A stretch of 64,000 bases of DNA, taken from positions 868,001-932,000 of the forward strand of contig JANHCV010000005.1 in NCBI GenBank assembly GCA_025594325.1, in the 5' to 3' direction. A model generated the notes under the pieces. That model was not told the DNA's origin. It searched no databases and was given only the letters and a program-made list of their open reading frames with translations. A program made the position numbers and the translations under genes. Of the stretch, positions 37,149 to 49,420 are shown piece after piece (the stretch's first letter is position 1; each line of letters starts with the position of its first letter). This DNA comes from Blastocladiella emersonii ATCC 22665. Lineage: Eukaryota > Fungi > Blastocladiomycota.

Positions 37149-38888
37149 TCATTCGTCGCGCGACTCACGCCTGTACCTGGCGATCGAGTTTCGGACCCAT
37201 GCAGCGTCCCGCACAGATTCCAACGCAAAGTTTGGAACATCGCGCCAAAAGCCGGTCGTTATCGAATAACGGTCCCTCGTGGAGGTACGCTCAGTGTAGA
37301 TGTAGGACGAAAGAGTGCCCATGAGTGCGGGTATTTCGCCCTTGCTCAAGTACTCGAGCGCAAATGCGATGACGGACCGAGGACTGGCCAGGCCGTGCTT
37401 TTGCGCTACCAGGCAAATGGCGAAAGCTACATGTCGGTCATTGCTTAGCGATCGAACTCGATCAAGTTTTGGCCGCGTACCGTCGAGAACAATATCTTTG
37501 AGTTGAGGGCCCGCACGCGCAGCTAGCTTGGTGCCAAAATCGATGTGGGTGCAATCATCGGTTTTGCTGAGCTCGCACACCAGGACAAAAGTGAGCGGGT
37601 TGATGTCAAGCGGTTTGCTGGCCTCGATTACACTAATCGGGTCCAAACCGTGGCGCGTGAACGCAAAAAGGTGTGCGTAGCCATCTGGGGTCAAGTATTC
37701 GGACAGGATATTGCTTGGGTGGTGGTTCAAGATGCTGGTAAGCGCGACGGACATGTGTCGCTGGACAAGCAGAGAGCGAAGTCCTGCCCGGAGCATCATG
37801 TCCGCCGTTGAGGGCGAAATCGTGTACAGCCAGTCGAGCAAGCGCGACACATTCGTGGCAGTTGCGGCAGACTTGGGAAAGCAGTCTTTAAGTGAGCATA
37901 TTTTAGGTCTGGGATGCGACCAGGGATTCTGGAAGATATCGTAAAACTTGCTCTGGTACACGCCAAAGAGCGTAGCCGCGTCGAGCTCCAAGTTCAGTTC
38001 GCTGACGCCCTCGAGGAGTCCTGGATTCCACGCCAGCATCGACATCAGAACGAGAAAGTCGAGACAACGCAATCGTTGAGAGGTTAGGAACGTCGAGTCC
38101 GAGTACAGCGAGTCGTTTGAAGCGCGAGCAAAAGCAGGCCAGTTGGTGCGCGTGATTTGCAGGAGATCGGGCACCCGCTCGACGGTGTCGATGAGCAGGG
38201 CGCGGGCAATATCGGCGTCGCCGTGGGTGATCGCAGCGATGATGAGCTGGATATGCGAAAATCCAGGGAATCGGAAGCCCGACGGAACGCGGCGGAGGTT
38301 GGCTCGTGCTTGGTCAGTCAAAGTGCCGTAGTACATCATTGCGTCGTCACCCGCCTGCTCGCGGTCGTCGTCGTCGAGACCATGGGGAAGATCATGGATG
38401 TTGAATTGTTGGAACCTTCCGCCAGGAGGATCCGCGAGTGTTGAGAGAGGAAGCGGACTCGACGCGTTGCTCGCGCGGCAGATGACATCGAGGAGAACGG
38501 TTGAAGCGACCCGGAAAAACCGCGGGCCTGGATACGACGGCGAGCCAGGCTGGACGCGCTTGAGATACCGGTCAAGGTCGGAGAGAGGGAATTGCGCCGA
38601 GCGGTTTGTCACGTCCGAGGCCCGGGTGCGGATCCAGATGGTGAAGTACCGCCGGTTCCAGATGCGCTCCACGGCAGGGTCAGCGACGATAAGGTGAAGC
38701 TCCCGCGTAGCGACGGGGACGCAGTCGCGGGGTTCCGATAGCAGCAAGATCGCGATGAGCAGCTCGGACGGGACGTTTTGCAACTTGAACTCGCCCTCGT
38801 CGCTGCGGGCTCCCGGGTTCCTTTCATTGGATTCATGGGCGGCGGAATGCGCCAAGTTTGAATGCATGGTGGGTGTTACTCGATTCAT
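37149..38888 (-). CDS. F-box-like family protein (short type), 579 aa
   Basis: LQNVPSELLIAILLLSEPRDCVPVATRELHLIVADPAVERIW; homologous to 51187 and 52793. Confidence 0.78.
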   Translation of the reverse strand: MNRVTPTMHSNLAHSAAHESNERNPGARSDEGEFKLQNVPSELLIAILLLSEPRDCVPVATRELHLIVADPAVERIWNRRYFTIWIRTRASDVTNRSAQFPLSDLDRYLKRVQPGSPSYPGPRFFRVASTVLLDVICRASNASSPLPLSTLADPPGGRFQQFNIHDLPHGLDDDDREQAGDDAMMYYGTLTDQARANLRRVPSGFRFPGFSHIQLIIAAITHGDADIARALLIDTVERVPDLLQITRTNWPAFARASNDSLYSDSTFLTSQRLRCLDFLVLMSMLAWNPGLLEGVSELNLELDAATLFGVYQSKFYDIFQNPWSHPRPKICSLKDCFPKSAATATNVSRLLDWLYTISPSTADMMLRAGLRSLLVQRHMSVALTSILNHHPSNILSEYLTPDGYAHLFAFTRHGLDPISVIEASKPLDINPLTFVLVCELSKTDDCTHIDFGTKLAARAGPQLKDIVLDGTRPKLDRVRSLSNDRHVAFAICLVAQKHGLASPRSVIAFALEYLSKGEIPALMGTLSSYIYTERTSTRDRYSITTGFWRDVPNFALESVRDAAWVRNSIARYRRESRDE

Positions 38889-39157
38889 ATTGGCGGGGAG
38901 GAGCGGCGACGTGGGAATCTCGTCCTAAACGCGTCCCGCAGCTCACGAGATCAATCACATGATTTCCCGACGCGTCTCCGTCCCATTGTCAAGCATCTTT
39001 TATTCTCGGCAGTTGCATGCGTGTGAGTAGGTCCCTCGGATTGATCAGGCGCTGTTAAGTTAAAGCAAATATCAAAGATTGTATTTTGTGCGAGCACAAG
39101 GCTGGTAAGCGGCGTCAAGCAATGTTCTGTGTGACTCGCGCGTCGAGTGTGTTAGCC

Positions 39158-39958
39158 TTACTCAGCCGAACGCTGGAACCACTCGTCATCGCAGTGGACC
39201 TCTTCATCGAGTCCATTGTCCGGGACGAGATGCCGCAAAAGAGCAGCAGTCGGGGACCCCTCGCGGGCAGCGAAACCAACGTTGTGGACGAGGCACGCCC
39301 GAAGCAGCGAGTCGTCGGGCCTACAGTTACGCTCGGTCCAGCACTCGCGCTTGCAGCCGTCGACAAGCGTCGTTTTAGCAAACTGCGGGAGGCGAGCGAT
39401 GCCCCCGCTCATGGTCGTGAAATCGACCAACGTCGCGAACCAAGCCGCCTGGCCCGACAAGGGGCACGGGCCGCACGTGCGTTCTCCATCCGCGCCCGCG
39501 ATGAGGACCGCACGCGTGTGACATCCGCCGGCCTCGAGCTGCGCCTCGACCATGATGCCAAGGAGTTTCGGGGCGAGGCCCGCGTGCTCGCCGACTTGAC
39601 GCGTCGCGTCAGCCCGCGTGGCGGGGTTTTGGAGCGCAGCGACGAGCAATCAGTGCGCCAAGGCGTAGTTCTTACATGTCTGCTCGGGAGAGCGCGCAAT
39701 GACGGACATGGCGAGCGAGAACAGCGCCATGACGTTGTCGCTGGTGGGCTCTGAAAAGAAGGACGCGAACCGCTGCATTTGGCGATTGCTGGAATCGAGG
39801 CGGTTTGACACCGACAAGTGCGTGATCACAATGAGCAAGTCGGTCGGCACATCGCGGCGTCCAAGGTTCGGGGCTTCGCAAGCAGCCGGATCGATTTCAT
39901 AGGATTCATGTGCAGAATGCATCAAGTCTAAATTCATGGTAGTGCTCGTGCGATTCAC
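39158..39958 (-). pseudogene. Internally deleted F-box-like family member with one in-frame TGA (39650-39652)
   Basis: The N-terminus resembles 38888 (MNR..TM....HSA.HES; DVPTDLLIVI). In the same frame after the stop, ALQNPATRADA...CPLSGQAAW matches the long-type C-terminal domain. Confidence 0.75.
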
Positions 39959-40470
39959 GGTGTGCGAAACACGGGAGCGCGAGCGCTAATCGAGACGCGT
40001 CCCGCCCAAGTCCGCGTCTGTTCGCGCGTCGGTACCGGTCACCCTTGCGCCAGGGTACTCCTACCCACGCCCATACGCATACACCTACTCTGGTTAGAAC
40101 TGAGGTTGGCGCGCTTGATTCGGCGCATGACTGCCGCGACACACCGCGCTCACGACGAGAACGGGACTGGGACGCACCGCACCCTCTTTGCAGGCTACGC
40201 GGCGAGCTTCGCGTCTGCCCGATGTCAAGGTGAGATCAATTGAGATGTGGCCCGCGTGCACGACATCCAAACCGCGTACCTGAATCGCTCGGCGAGCCCG
40301 GGGTCGCTCAGCTACGAAAGTAACCTTGACGGGTGGACAGCGACAGCTATCGCTGGGCGTGCTTCACGGGCTCGAAACTGATGGGGACATGATTTTGTGT
40401 TTATAGAGACCATCTACACATTGATTTTTACAAGACCACCACACCCACTCACGCGCTCAGCCCGAAATAT

Positions 40471-41837
40471 TTACATGACCCGGTTGGGCGGGAGCTGGGG
40501 CGCGATGGGTCCGCAGGTCGCGGGGTTGACGACGCGTGGCGTCGGCGGGGGCGCGAACGACGAGATGGATCCGGAGCGGGTGCGGACCTGCTGGATACGC
40601 GAGCGGACAGCGACGCGGAAGAACGAGTCGTCGTAGGCGACCGTGAGCAGCAGGAGGATCTGGAACGTGATGATCGACAGGGGCTTGAACGTGGCGACCG
40701 CCGGGTTGTACATGTGCGTCGAGTCGGCACCGTCGTTGTCGTCGTGCGTGTGCGTCTCGTACGACTTGAACTGGAAGTAGGCCGAGGTCACGATGATCAC
40801 GGTCTGGACAACGATGCGCGGCAGGTACGAGACGAGGAGACCCTTGAGCACGACCCACGACGAGGACGACATTTGTGACGCGCTGCTCGCGTCCTTCTTG
40901 GCGCGGTACGCGCGGCGCAGCGAGACCATGAAGGACATGGCGATGCCGCAGGTCAGGATCTCGCCAACGAGGTCCATGACGATGAGGGCGAGGCCGAACG
41001 ACTCGGCGGGGATCTCGGGGGCGCAGAACTTGACGCCGCTCGGGGCCACGTCGAGGGTCGCGGTCACGGTGAGCACGTCTACGGACGGAGTTCGAAGGTT
41101 AGCCCGAGGAACGGCGCGAGGGGTACCAGTGAGAACGTACTCAGAGCGGACACGACAAAGTAACCAATGACGAACACGATGCTGATAGCCGCGACGAACG
41201 GGCGAGCCCACGGGTGCACGCCGAGCTGCTTCGGGTTGTACTTTGGCAGGAAGCGGAAGGTGCGGAGCAGGATGGTGATGAGCTTGACGGCGCCCGTCGC
41301 GTGGAACACGGTTTGCATGACCTGCGACTTGGCGGCGCAGGCAGCATCGGCGCGCTTTCCCGTCAGGGTGGCGGCTGGCGGCAGGAGGAACAGGAAGAGC
41401 GCAAAGGCGTGGGTCGCAAAGGTGAGGCAGAGCAGGATCTTGGAGATCCAGACGCACAGCGGGCGCGACGCGCGGCTGCCGGAGCCGCACGTATTGGCGA
41501 CGCTGTTGCGCGCGCGCTCGAGGTCGTTGCCCGCGCCGAGGATGGTGGTGAAGGCCGGGCGGTGCAGCGGGGTCGCGGGCGAGTCCTCGGGGTTCTCGGC
41601 ATCGTCCTTGTGGTGGCCGGCGGTGCGGTTGCGCAGTTTCAGCTTGGGCAGGGACACGGTCGGGATGACGACGCCGTTGCGGCCGAAGGCGGAGCGCCAG
41701 GCGCCGCGCAGGCAGTGGGCGCCGGCGACCAGGCCGAGCGCGAGGTATATGCCCGAGTAGCCGAGCAGGAAGGCCTGCGGGCGCGAGAGCAGGAACGGGT
41801 TGGCGAGGATCGCGTCGGCGGAGGCGGAGCTTGGCAT
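40471..41837 (-). CDS. Seven-transmembrane (GPCR-like) membrane protein; exons 41837-41141, 41078-40471
   Basis: Seven hydrophobic helices after splicing. Cys before TM3 (DAAC) and in the TM4-TM5 loop (KFCAPE). Confidence 0.7.
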
Positions 41838-43100
41838 GGCGGCGGCGGCAGCGGCAGCGGTCGTGGATGTGTAGATGGTCGGGAAGAGAGAGAGAGGGGA
41901 TGGGTTGCCCTAGACCGGCCAGCGTCTAGATGAGGGTTTGAGAGAGCGAGCGGGGTCGCGGGCAGGGAATCCGTTTTGAAGCGCGGAAGTGACGCAGGGC
42001 ACAGGCGGTGCTCGCGCACAGGGACGGGCGCGCGCAGATTGCTGAGCCACCAACTCATTTAGAGCTCGCGATGCTCGCGAAATGAAGGGGGGTGCGAGGG
42101 GCTTGCCGCGCGGGTCCAGCCGCGCCTTGTGTGCGGCGCGTGCGGGTGATGGGCGCCGTGATCGCCCGGGCGCGCGGAGCGAGCGGCGTGGGTGCCGTCA
42201 CGTGCGCGGTGCAGCCCGACGCGCGCACGCGTGTCTTCACGCGCGCTGTTGGGAGCACTTTCCCGCGCGTCGTTCGGTTCGCACACCGGCCGCAGAGCGG
42301 TCTCGCTGCCCAACGCGGTCCTCGGTCGCTCTTGTTACCGCGGACACGCGCCCCGACCCGACCCCGCACCCGGCCCTCCCTCCCTCTCCCTGCCCGCCTC
42401 GCCCACTGCCCGCACTGCACTGCACTGCTTCCCGCGCGCGCTGCGGACCCGTCCGTCTCCGAATCCGTCTGTTGCTACCCGCAACGCAACGCGCGCGCCT
42501 CGCACTCGCACCCGCCCGCCCAACGCGTCGTCGCCCTGCACCAGCCCGCCCGTCCGTCCGCTGGGATCGCGTCGCACTCGCCCTCGCCCGGATCACGATC
42601 GCGCACCCGCCTTCAACGCGTCGGTCATTGCTCGCTTCCCTCCTCGCCCATTGGCGCGCGTCCTCGGCCAGTCCTCGTCCACTCGTCGCCCTCGCGCTGC
42701 TGCGGCTCGGTCCATTGCGCCCATTCATTGCCGCCGCCGCCGCTGCGTCATCCTCGCCGTCGCCGACTCGATCGCCGCGCCGAGCTATTCTGGTCGCTGT
42801 ACCCGAGCAGTTGTTCGTCTCGTACGTTTCGCTGAGCGCTATCCTCGCTATTTCGACGCACGGACGGCGCTGACTAACGAACGCCCTGCCTGCGCCCAAC
42901 AGACAGACCACAGCGCGCAAGCCGCCGCCACGTCGCCATCGCGTCGCGTCGCACACCGCCGCGGCTCGTCCCTGGCCGCCTTCATTGCCCGCGTGTGCTT
43001 GTGCGTCGACGCCCCGCCCGTCTGCGCCACCGCCCTCCTGTGACCGTCGCGTCGGCTCGCCGGCCCGTTCTCGACGCGTCGCCGCGCACCCTCGCCGACC

Positions 43101-46100
43101 ATGCTGAGCAGCGGCCTAGTGCGGCCCTCAGGCGAGCGCCCGCAGAGTATGTCTGGCCCCCACCACGAGCAGTACGACGATCGCGCGCGTACCGGCTCGC
43201 CGCACGCCGCGTCGTTGGACCACCACCACCACCACCCGCCGCCGCCGCCCGCCGAGGGGTACCCGACCAAGAGCCCGAACCGCAAGTTCCAGCTGCCGTT
43301 CGCCGACGTGTTCGGGTCCGGCTCGACGTCGCCGACCTCTGGTGCGGCCGCTGGAGCCGCGCCTCCCGGCACCCCGCCGTCCGCCGCGGGCAGCGACAAG
43401 GCGTCGCCCAAGCTGCGCCGCACGCCCTCGCTCGCCACCCGCATCTCGCGCTCGTCGCAGCTCGGCCAGACGTTCCGCTCGCTGTTCCGCCCGCAGCGCG
43501 CCAAGGCCGGGTCGCCGAGCGGGTCGTCCGACGACGGCGCCGGCGGTGCCGGGAACGGCGGCAACAACAGCTCGGGCTACGCGTCGGCCCAGTCGCCCTA
43601 CGGCGATGCCGCCACCTACGGCGCGTCCGCGTCGGCCCACTCGTTCCACCCGGCGACCGCGGGCGGCATGGCGGGCGCCGCGCCCTCGCCGATGCAGCCC
43701 ACCCCGCCCGCCTCGGGCTTCCACGGGCCGCCGTCCGCCGCCGTCACTCCGCAACGTCCGCGGCCCGTGAAGCGGTGGTCCGCCGCCGACCTCCAGTCGC
43801 AGGTCCTCGCGTCCGCTGTCGAGGAAGGTCTGATCCCCGGCCACGGCGCTGCTGCGGGACCCGGGCTCGCCGCGCCGATCCCGCCGCCCAAGCTGCCCAC
43901 GCGCCGCTCTGTTCTCGACATGAGTATCTTTGACCCCAACGCCGGCGCTCCGCCCGCCGCTGCGCCGCACCAGCAGCAGGCCCCGCCGCCGACCAGCGCG
44001 CCGATTGGCGTCACGCCCGCCGCCTCGCACGACAGTATCGGCGAGCCGCTCGTCATGGACGAGGGCGAGGTCGAGGAGCCCGCGCCAGCGGCGCCGTCGC
44101 AGTCGCAGTCGCACTACCAGCAGTCGCAGCAGGCCCACTTCCACCCCGACCCGTCCTCGGCCCCGCGGCCCGCGTTCCCGTCGACCCCGCCCGCCGTCGC
44201 CCGCATGTCATCGACGCCGCACCTCTCCTCCACCAGCGGCGGCATGGCCCGCGCCGCCAGCACCACCACCCACTCGTCGTCGCGCCCGGTCCCGCCGCCG
44301 CTCGTGATCCCGCCCAAGGTCCAGGCCTCGGTCGCCGAGGGCTACCCGCCGTCGCCGCTGTCGCCCACCACGCTCGCCATGGCGTCGTCGCCGCGCCTGC
44401 CGCGCCCGCCGCCGCAGCACTCGGTGCCCGCCGTCGGCTCGCTCGGCCACCCGGTCCCGCAGCCGCCCATTGCCACGCACGACCCTAACTCGCGGTTCCA
44501 GTCGGCAGCGCAACAGGGGCCGCAAGGCGGCGGGCATGTGGCGTCGGTCTCGGGGCTACCCGGACACGGGACTACGGCCATCTCGAACGTGCAGTTCGGC
44601 GGCGCGGGCGCCGGTGCCCGCGGCGGGCTCGCGGCCACGCTCGGCAAGGCGGCCGGCGGCCAGGTCCGCGCCATGAGCCAGGCCGAGGCGGCGCCGCACC
44701 ACAGCGCGTACGAGGAGAAGATGCGGCTCGCGAACCTCGCCAAGCACGGGAACACGTCCAACTCGGTGACCGCCGGGCCCGTCGCCGCGCCGCCCGCGGT
44801 GCCGTTCCAGCAAACTGCGAGTACGGGTGGGTCGGCGGCCGCGGCCATCAAGTCGGCGGCGGCGCCGCCCGCGGCCACGGTCGCGCAGACCATGCTCGAA
44901 AAGTACAAGCTGCTGCCTGAATTCGAGCAGCGGTACGTCGTTGGCGACGAGCTCGGGTCGGGCGGGTTTGGGTTTGTGGTCACGGTACGGCAACGATGGG
45001 CGATGTGAGTGGAGGCATGGCTAACGTTGATTCCCACCCAGGCGAGCCGCGTCTCGGACGACCTCGAGGTGGCTGTCAAGTTCATCTTCAAGGACAAGGT
45101 GCCCGTGCACTCGCTCGTCAAGGACCCCGAGCTCGGCGTCATCCCCATGGAGGTGTACATTCTCAAGAACATGAAGCACCCCAACATCATCGGGTTCCAC
45201 GACTTTTTCGTGGTACGTCGCCAGCCGTAGCGCGTCGCGTCGCGTCCAGCACTTCCGCTGACCTCGCTCGCGGCGTAGGACAACCGCTTCTACTACCTCG
45301 TCATGGAGCTGCACGGCGTGCCATGGAAGAAATCCAAGGAGGGCGGCGGTGCCGGCGGCCCGGCGCCCGTCACGCGCTCGCCGAGCCTGCAGCCGCCCAC
45401 GATCCAGCGCAGCAACACGGAGCCCGCGCAGCGGCCACCGACCATCGGCCGCCGCCATTCTATGGACCTGTTCGAGTGCATTGAGGCGGTACGGGTTCTC
45501 GAGGGTGGGTGGGATGATGGAGCGACGCGCGCTAACCGCGGCCGTCTTGTAGAACTCGCGCCTGTCCGAGGACATTGCGCGCAAGATCTTTGCCCAGGTC
45601 GTCTCGGCCGTCCACCATCTCGACTCGTACCGCATCGTCCATCGGTACGCCTCCTCGGTCCCGTGTCCGCGAGCGACCAGGCACTCACGCGACGCGCCTT
45701 CCCGCCGTAGAGACATCAAGGACGAGAACATCGTGGTCGACCAGCACTTCAACGTCAAGCTGATCGACTTTGGGAGCGCGCTCATGGTGCCGTCCAACGG
45801 TCGCCTGTTCGACCGGTTCGCCGGCACGCTGCAGTACTGCCCGCCCGAGGTCCTGCAGGGGTACAAGTACCGCGGGCCCGAGCAGGAGGTGTGGGCGCTC
45901 GGGATCCTCCTGTACACGGTGCTGTACAGCGGCGCGCCCTTCTCCAACATGAACCAGGTGCTGCACCACGAGGTGCCCATCCCGCGGTACTCGCGCGGTC
46001 CGCACGCCGGCCAGCCGCGCGCGTCGCCCGACGTCATCGAGCTCCTCCGCTGGATGCTCCAGAAGTCGCCCAACGACCGCGCCACCATCGGCCAGGTCAT

Positions 46101-46719
46101 GAACCACCGCTGGCTCAAGTCCCGGCCACCCGCCGCCGCGCCCGTCTCGGCGCCTGCGGCCTTGCACCACCACCACCACCAGTACTCGCCGGCATCGCCG
46201 ACCTCGCCCACGTCCCCCGTCCCGCCACGGCACCCCGTCGCGAGCCAGGACCACCTCCAGCCGCCCACCAACACGCGCCTCCACTCGTCGCCCGAGCCGT
46301 CGTACCTCACGGGCGCCATGCGCGGTGGCCACGCGCCCGGCCTCCGTCGCGCCAACCCGTCGGCCAACCTGCAGGAGCTCTTCTACGCCGGGTCCGGGTC
46401 CGGGTCCGGGTCGCAGCAGCAGCAGCAGCAGCAGCAGCAGGCGCCACCAGCGGCCGAGGCCAGCGCGACGTGTTCCTCGCCGACTTCGCCTGCGGCCGCG
46501 ACCCATCCCGCAAGCGCTGGCCCCGGCGCCAAGCGGCACCCGCTGCAGCAGGAGGTGCTGCCCGACTCGCCGAGCGGGTCGCCCATGCCGTCGCCGCACG
46601 TCGGGCGGTCGTCGCGGTCGCCGCTCAACGGAAATGGGGCGGCCGAGGGCGCGTCGACGGCGCGGATGACCGCTTCGCCCGCTAACGTGTACAGTCCGTC
46701 GCGGCCGAGCCGCGTCTGA
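43101..46719 (+). CDS. PAS-kinase-like (PASK/PIM-related) Ser/Thr kinase with long disordered termini; exons 43101-44984, 45042-45212, 45279-45488, 45553-45644, 45711-46719
   Basis: LGSGGFGFV, VAVKFIFK, IPMEVYIL..MKHPNII, MDLFECIE, HRDIKDENIV, KLIDFGSA, FAGTLQYCPPE and GPEQEVWALG. Confidence 0.92.
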
Positions 46720-47000
46720 GTCGTTTGTTTTGCACTATCCCATCCTTGATCGTCTCCATCACCCCCATCATCATCACATACCGTTTTTCTTGCCCCTCCT
46801 GATCCCTCGTCTCCTCTGTCCATACTTGCCGTCCCCTCTGTCCTGTCTCTGATTTGGTTCGTTTCGTTTTTCACTTGCTGCTCGCGCGCGCGGAATAAAA
46901 GTCATCGTCGATACCCTCTCCCTCGTACTCGTTGCGTTGCGTGAACAAGGTGTAGTAGTGCTAGATTAACGAATCAACAATAAAACCGCGGGCGAACTCC

Positions 47001-49153
47001 CTACTCGTCGTCGCTGAGCCCTTCCAATCCCGCGTCGCTCTCGGCGTCCTCGTCGTCATCCGAGTCAGACTCGTCCTCGTCGCCCATGACCACGTCGCCG
47101 TCATCCACGGCCATGGCGTCCGAGTCGTACTCCTCATCATCGTCGTCCTCGTCGTACACCGCGCCGTCGACGTGGTCCGACGAGTTGAGCTCGTCGCCGA
47201 GCTGCTCGAGGGTGCGCGAGTTGGCGCGGGCCTTGACGTGGCGCAGCGTGTTGTTGCCGCCGCGCGCCGCCGCGTACCGCATGTCCTCGAAGTAGTCCTC
47301 GCCATCGTTGTCGTCGTCGTTGACAACGAGAACACTCGCGTCGCGGCCACCACTCGTCGCAGCAGCAGCGAAACTGCCGGCGAGATCGTGGCGCTGCTCG
47401 AGCTGGTCGAGGACGAGCTCGAGGCGGCCCTGGAGCTTGAGCAGCTTCTTGCCGTGGTCGACGCGCGTGTCGAGGACGTGGTAGAAGGCCGACAGCTTGC
47501 GCACGAGGTCGGGCACCGTCATCAGGTACCCGCAGTGCACGACGACCGCCGCGCGGATCCACTCGAGCAGCTGCGCCGCGCGCGAGTGGCGCCGCATGAA
47601 CCGGTCGACGACCGCGTGCAGGAACGGCACCACGTGCTGCGTCGGCAGCTTGCGCAGCGTATTCTGGATCACCTGCGGCGTCAGCGAGGGCGCGCCCAGA
47701 ACCGACTCGAGCAGGTCCGTGTCGCCCGAGTGCAGCGCCTGCGTCAGCGTGACGTGCAGGGACGTGATGTCGCCGATCGCCGCGGTGGTGCCGTTGGCCG
47801 AAGTGGCCGTGGCGGCAGCGGCGGCGGTCGCGGCGGCCGTGTTCATCTGCAGGGCGGCGAGACGCTCGGCGAGGGACTTCTGCTGCTCCTCGGCGGCGGC
47901 GCCCGACGCGGGCTTGAGGGCGATGGTCGGGAGCGCCATGTCGCTAGCGTGCGAGGCCGTGGAGTTACCACCGGTGCGGTACTCCTGGCGCTTGCCGGCG
48001 TTGGGCTTGGCGTTGAACGAGGCGATCTGCGTCGACCGCACGAGCGTGGCCGACTCGACGAGCGAGCCGTCGGCCTGGGTGAAGGCGAGGGTCTCGAACA
48101 CGGGGTTGAGCGAGGCGCCGCGCGTCACGAGCAGGCGCGACTCGGCGGCGGCCGTGGTGGTGAAGGCGGCGGCCGTCACGGGAACGTCCTCCTTGGACTC
48201 GAGTGACACGACGCGCAGGACCGACTCGGGCGCGCGCGCCGAGAACTTGGCGCGCTTGTTCTTCTTGCCACCAGGAGCGGGCGATGCCGCGGGCGCGGCC
48301 GAAGCCCACAGGCCCAGGGTGCCGTTCTCGGACAGCACGGCGACGGCGCCCGGGGTGGCGTCGGCGTGCGACACGGCGAAGGCGCGCACGTTGTGGTCGA
48401 GCGACAGCGCGGGCAGGGGCTGCGGCTGCGCGAGCGAGATGTCGTACACGTTGACGAACCGGTCCTGGCTCGCGGACGTCAGCAGCAGGCGGCCGTCGCG
48501 CGTGGTGGCGAGGTGGGTCACGTCCGAGGTGTGGGCCGAGAACTTGGCCACCACGGCGTGCTGCTTGGCCAGGTCGAAGATGGTGATGCCCGAGTCGGCG
48601 ACGATCAGCCGCTTGCCGTCGGGCGTCAGCAGGAGCTGCTTGGGCGACGCCTTGTTCTTGGACTTGAACTTGCTATACACGGTCGATCGGGCGTGTGAGC
48701 GACGGGTTTCCGCGTAGGCAACACGGGTCAGACGTACGTCTCAACAGTGCCCTTGGCGACATCCCACTTGACGATCCAATCGTCCTGGCCGCACGAGTAG
48801 GCGGTGGCGGATCCGGGGACAAAGACAAAGGCGTTGACGGCGGACGAGTGGGCGCCGGCGAGCGTCGCGTGCAGGTTGCCGTCGAGCGCCGAGACGATCT
48901 GGACGGTCCCGTTGGACAGGCAGATGGCGAGCACGGGCATCACGGCGTTGCCGCCCGCGGGCAGCGTGCCCCACGCCACGGACGTGACCGTGGTGTGGTC
49001 AGGCGGCGTGTGGTCGGCGAGCACGGCCGCGGTCGCCGTCTTCCACAGCGACACGCGCTGCGCATCGGCAATCTCCTGCACCACCGCTAGGTACGCCGTG
49101 TCGGCGCTGTACGCGTAGCGCGCGCTGCCGGTCGCCGACGCCGTGGGCTGCAT
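47001..49153 (-). CDS. UTP5: U3 snoRNP/SSU processome subunit (WD40 plus Utp12 domain); exons 49153-48738, 48672-47001
   Basis: WD40 repeats, then LTQALHSGDTDLLESVL...LRKLP...WIRAAV..H..YLMTVPDL...LLKLQGRLELV, and an acidic tail. Confidence 0.85.
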
Positions 49154-49420
49154 GGTTTTCGGGGGGCGCGGTGCGAATAGTGGTTGCGGGGGCGCTACGT
49201 CCTCGACGTCACCGTTGTTCCCAGCGTGGGTAACCGATCGCGACCGTGGCGACGGCGGCGGAGCGTGGGCTGCGTCGCGAGGTCGAGAAACTGCGATTCG
49301 CGTCAGGTGGCGTCACATGCCGCGTCGCCACCCTCGATTTTGATTCGTGTTCACCCCGCGTCTCCCTTCTCCACCCTGCCCGTCCAAGATACAGTAGCCG
49401 CGTTGCTGCGGTATTACTCG

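Noticed and set aside
46387-46440. (GGGTCC)n and (CAG)n runs
   Set aside because: Ordinary Gly-Ser and poly-Gln tracts within the disordered kinase tail.
43101-46719. Functional link between the PAS-less PASK-like kinase and the nearby PAS protein
   Set aside because: They are 14 kb apart in a eukaryotic genome, and proximity alone is not evidence.
49154-49420. Head-to-head UTP5/cyclin L arrangement
   Set aside because: Short divergent promoters are routine in compact fungal genomes.
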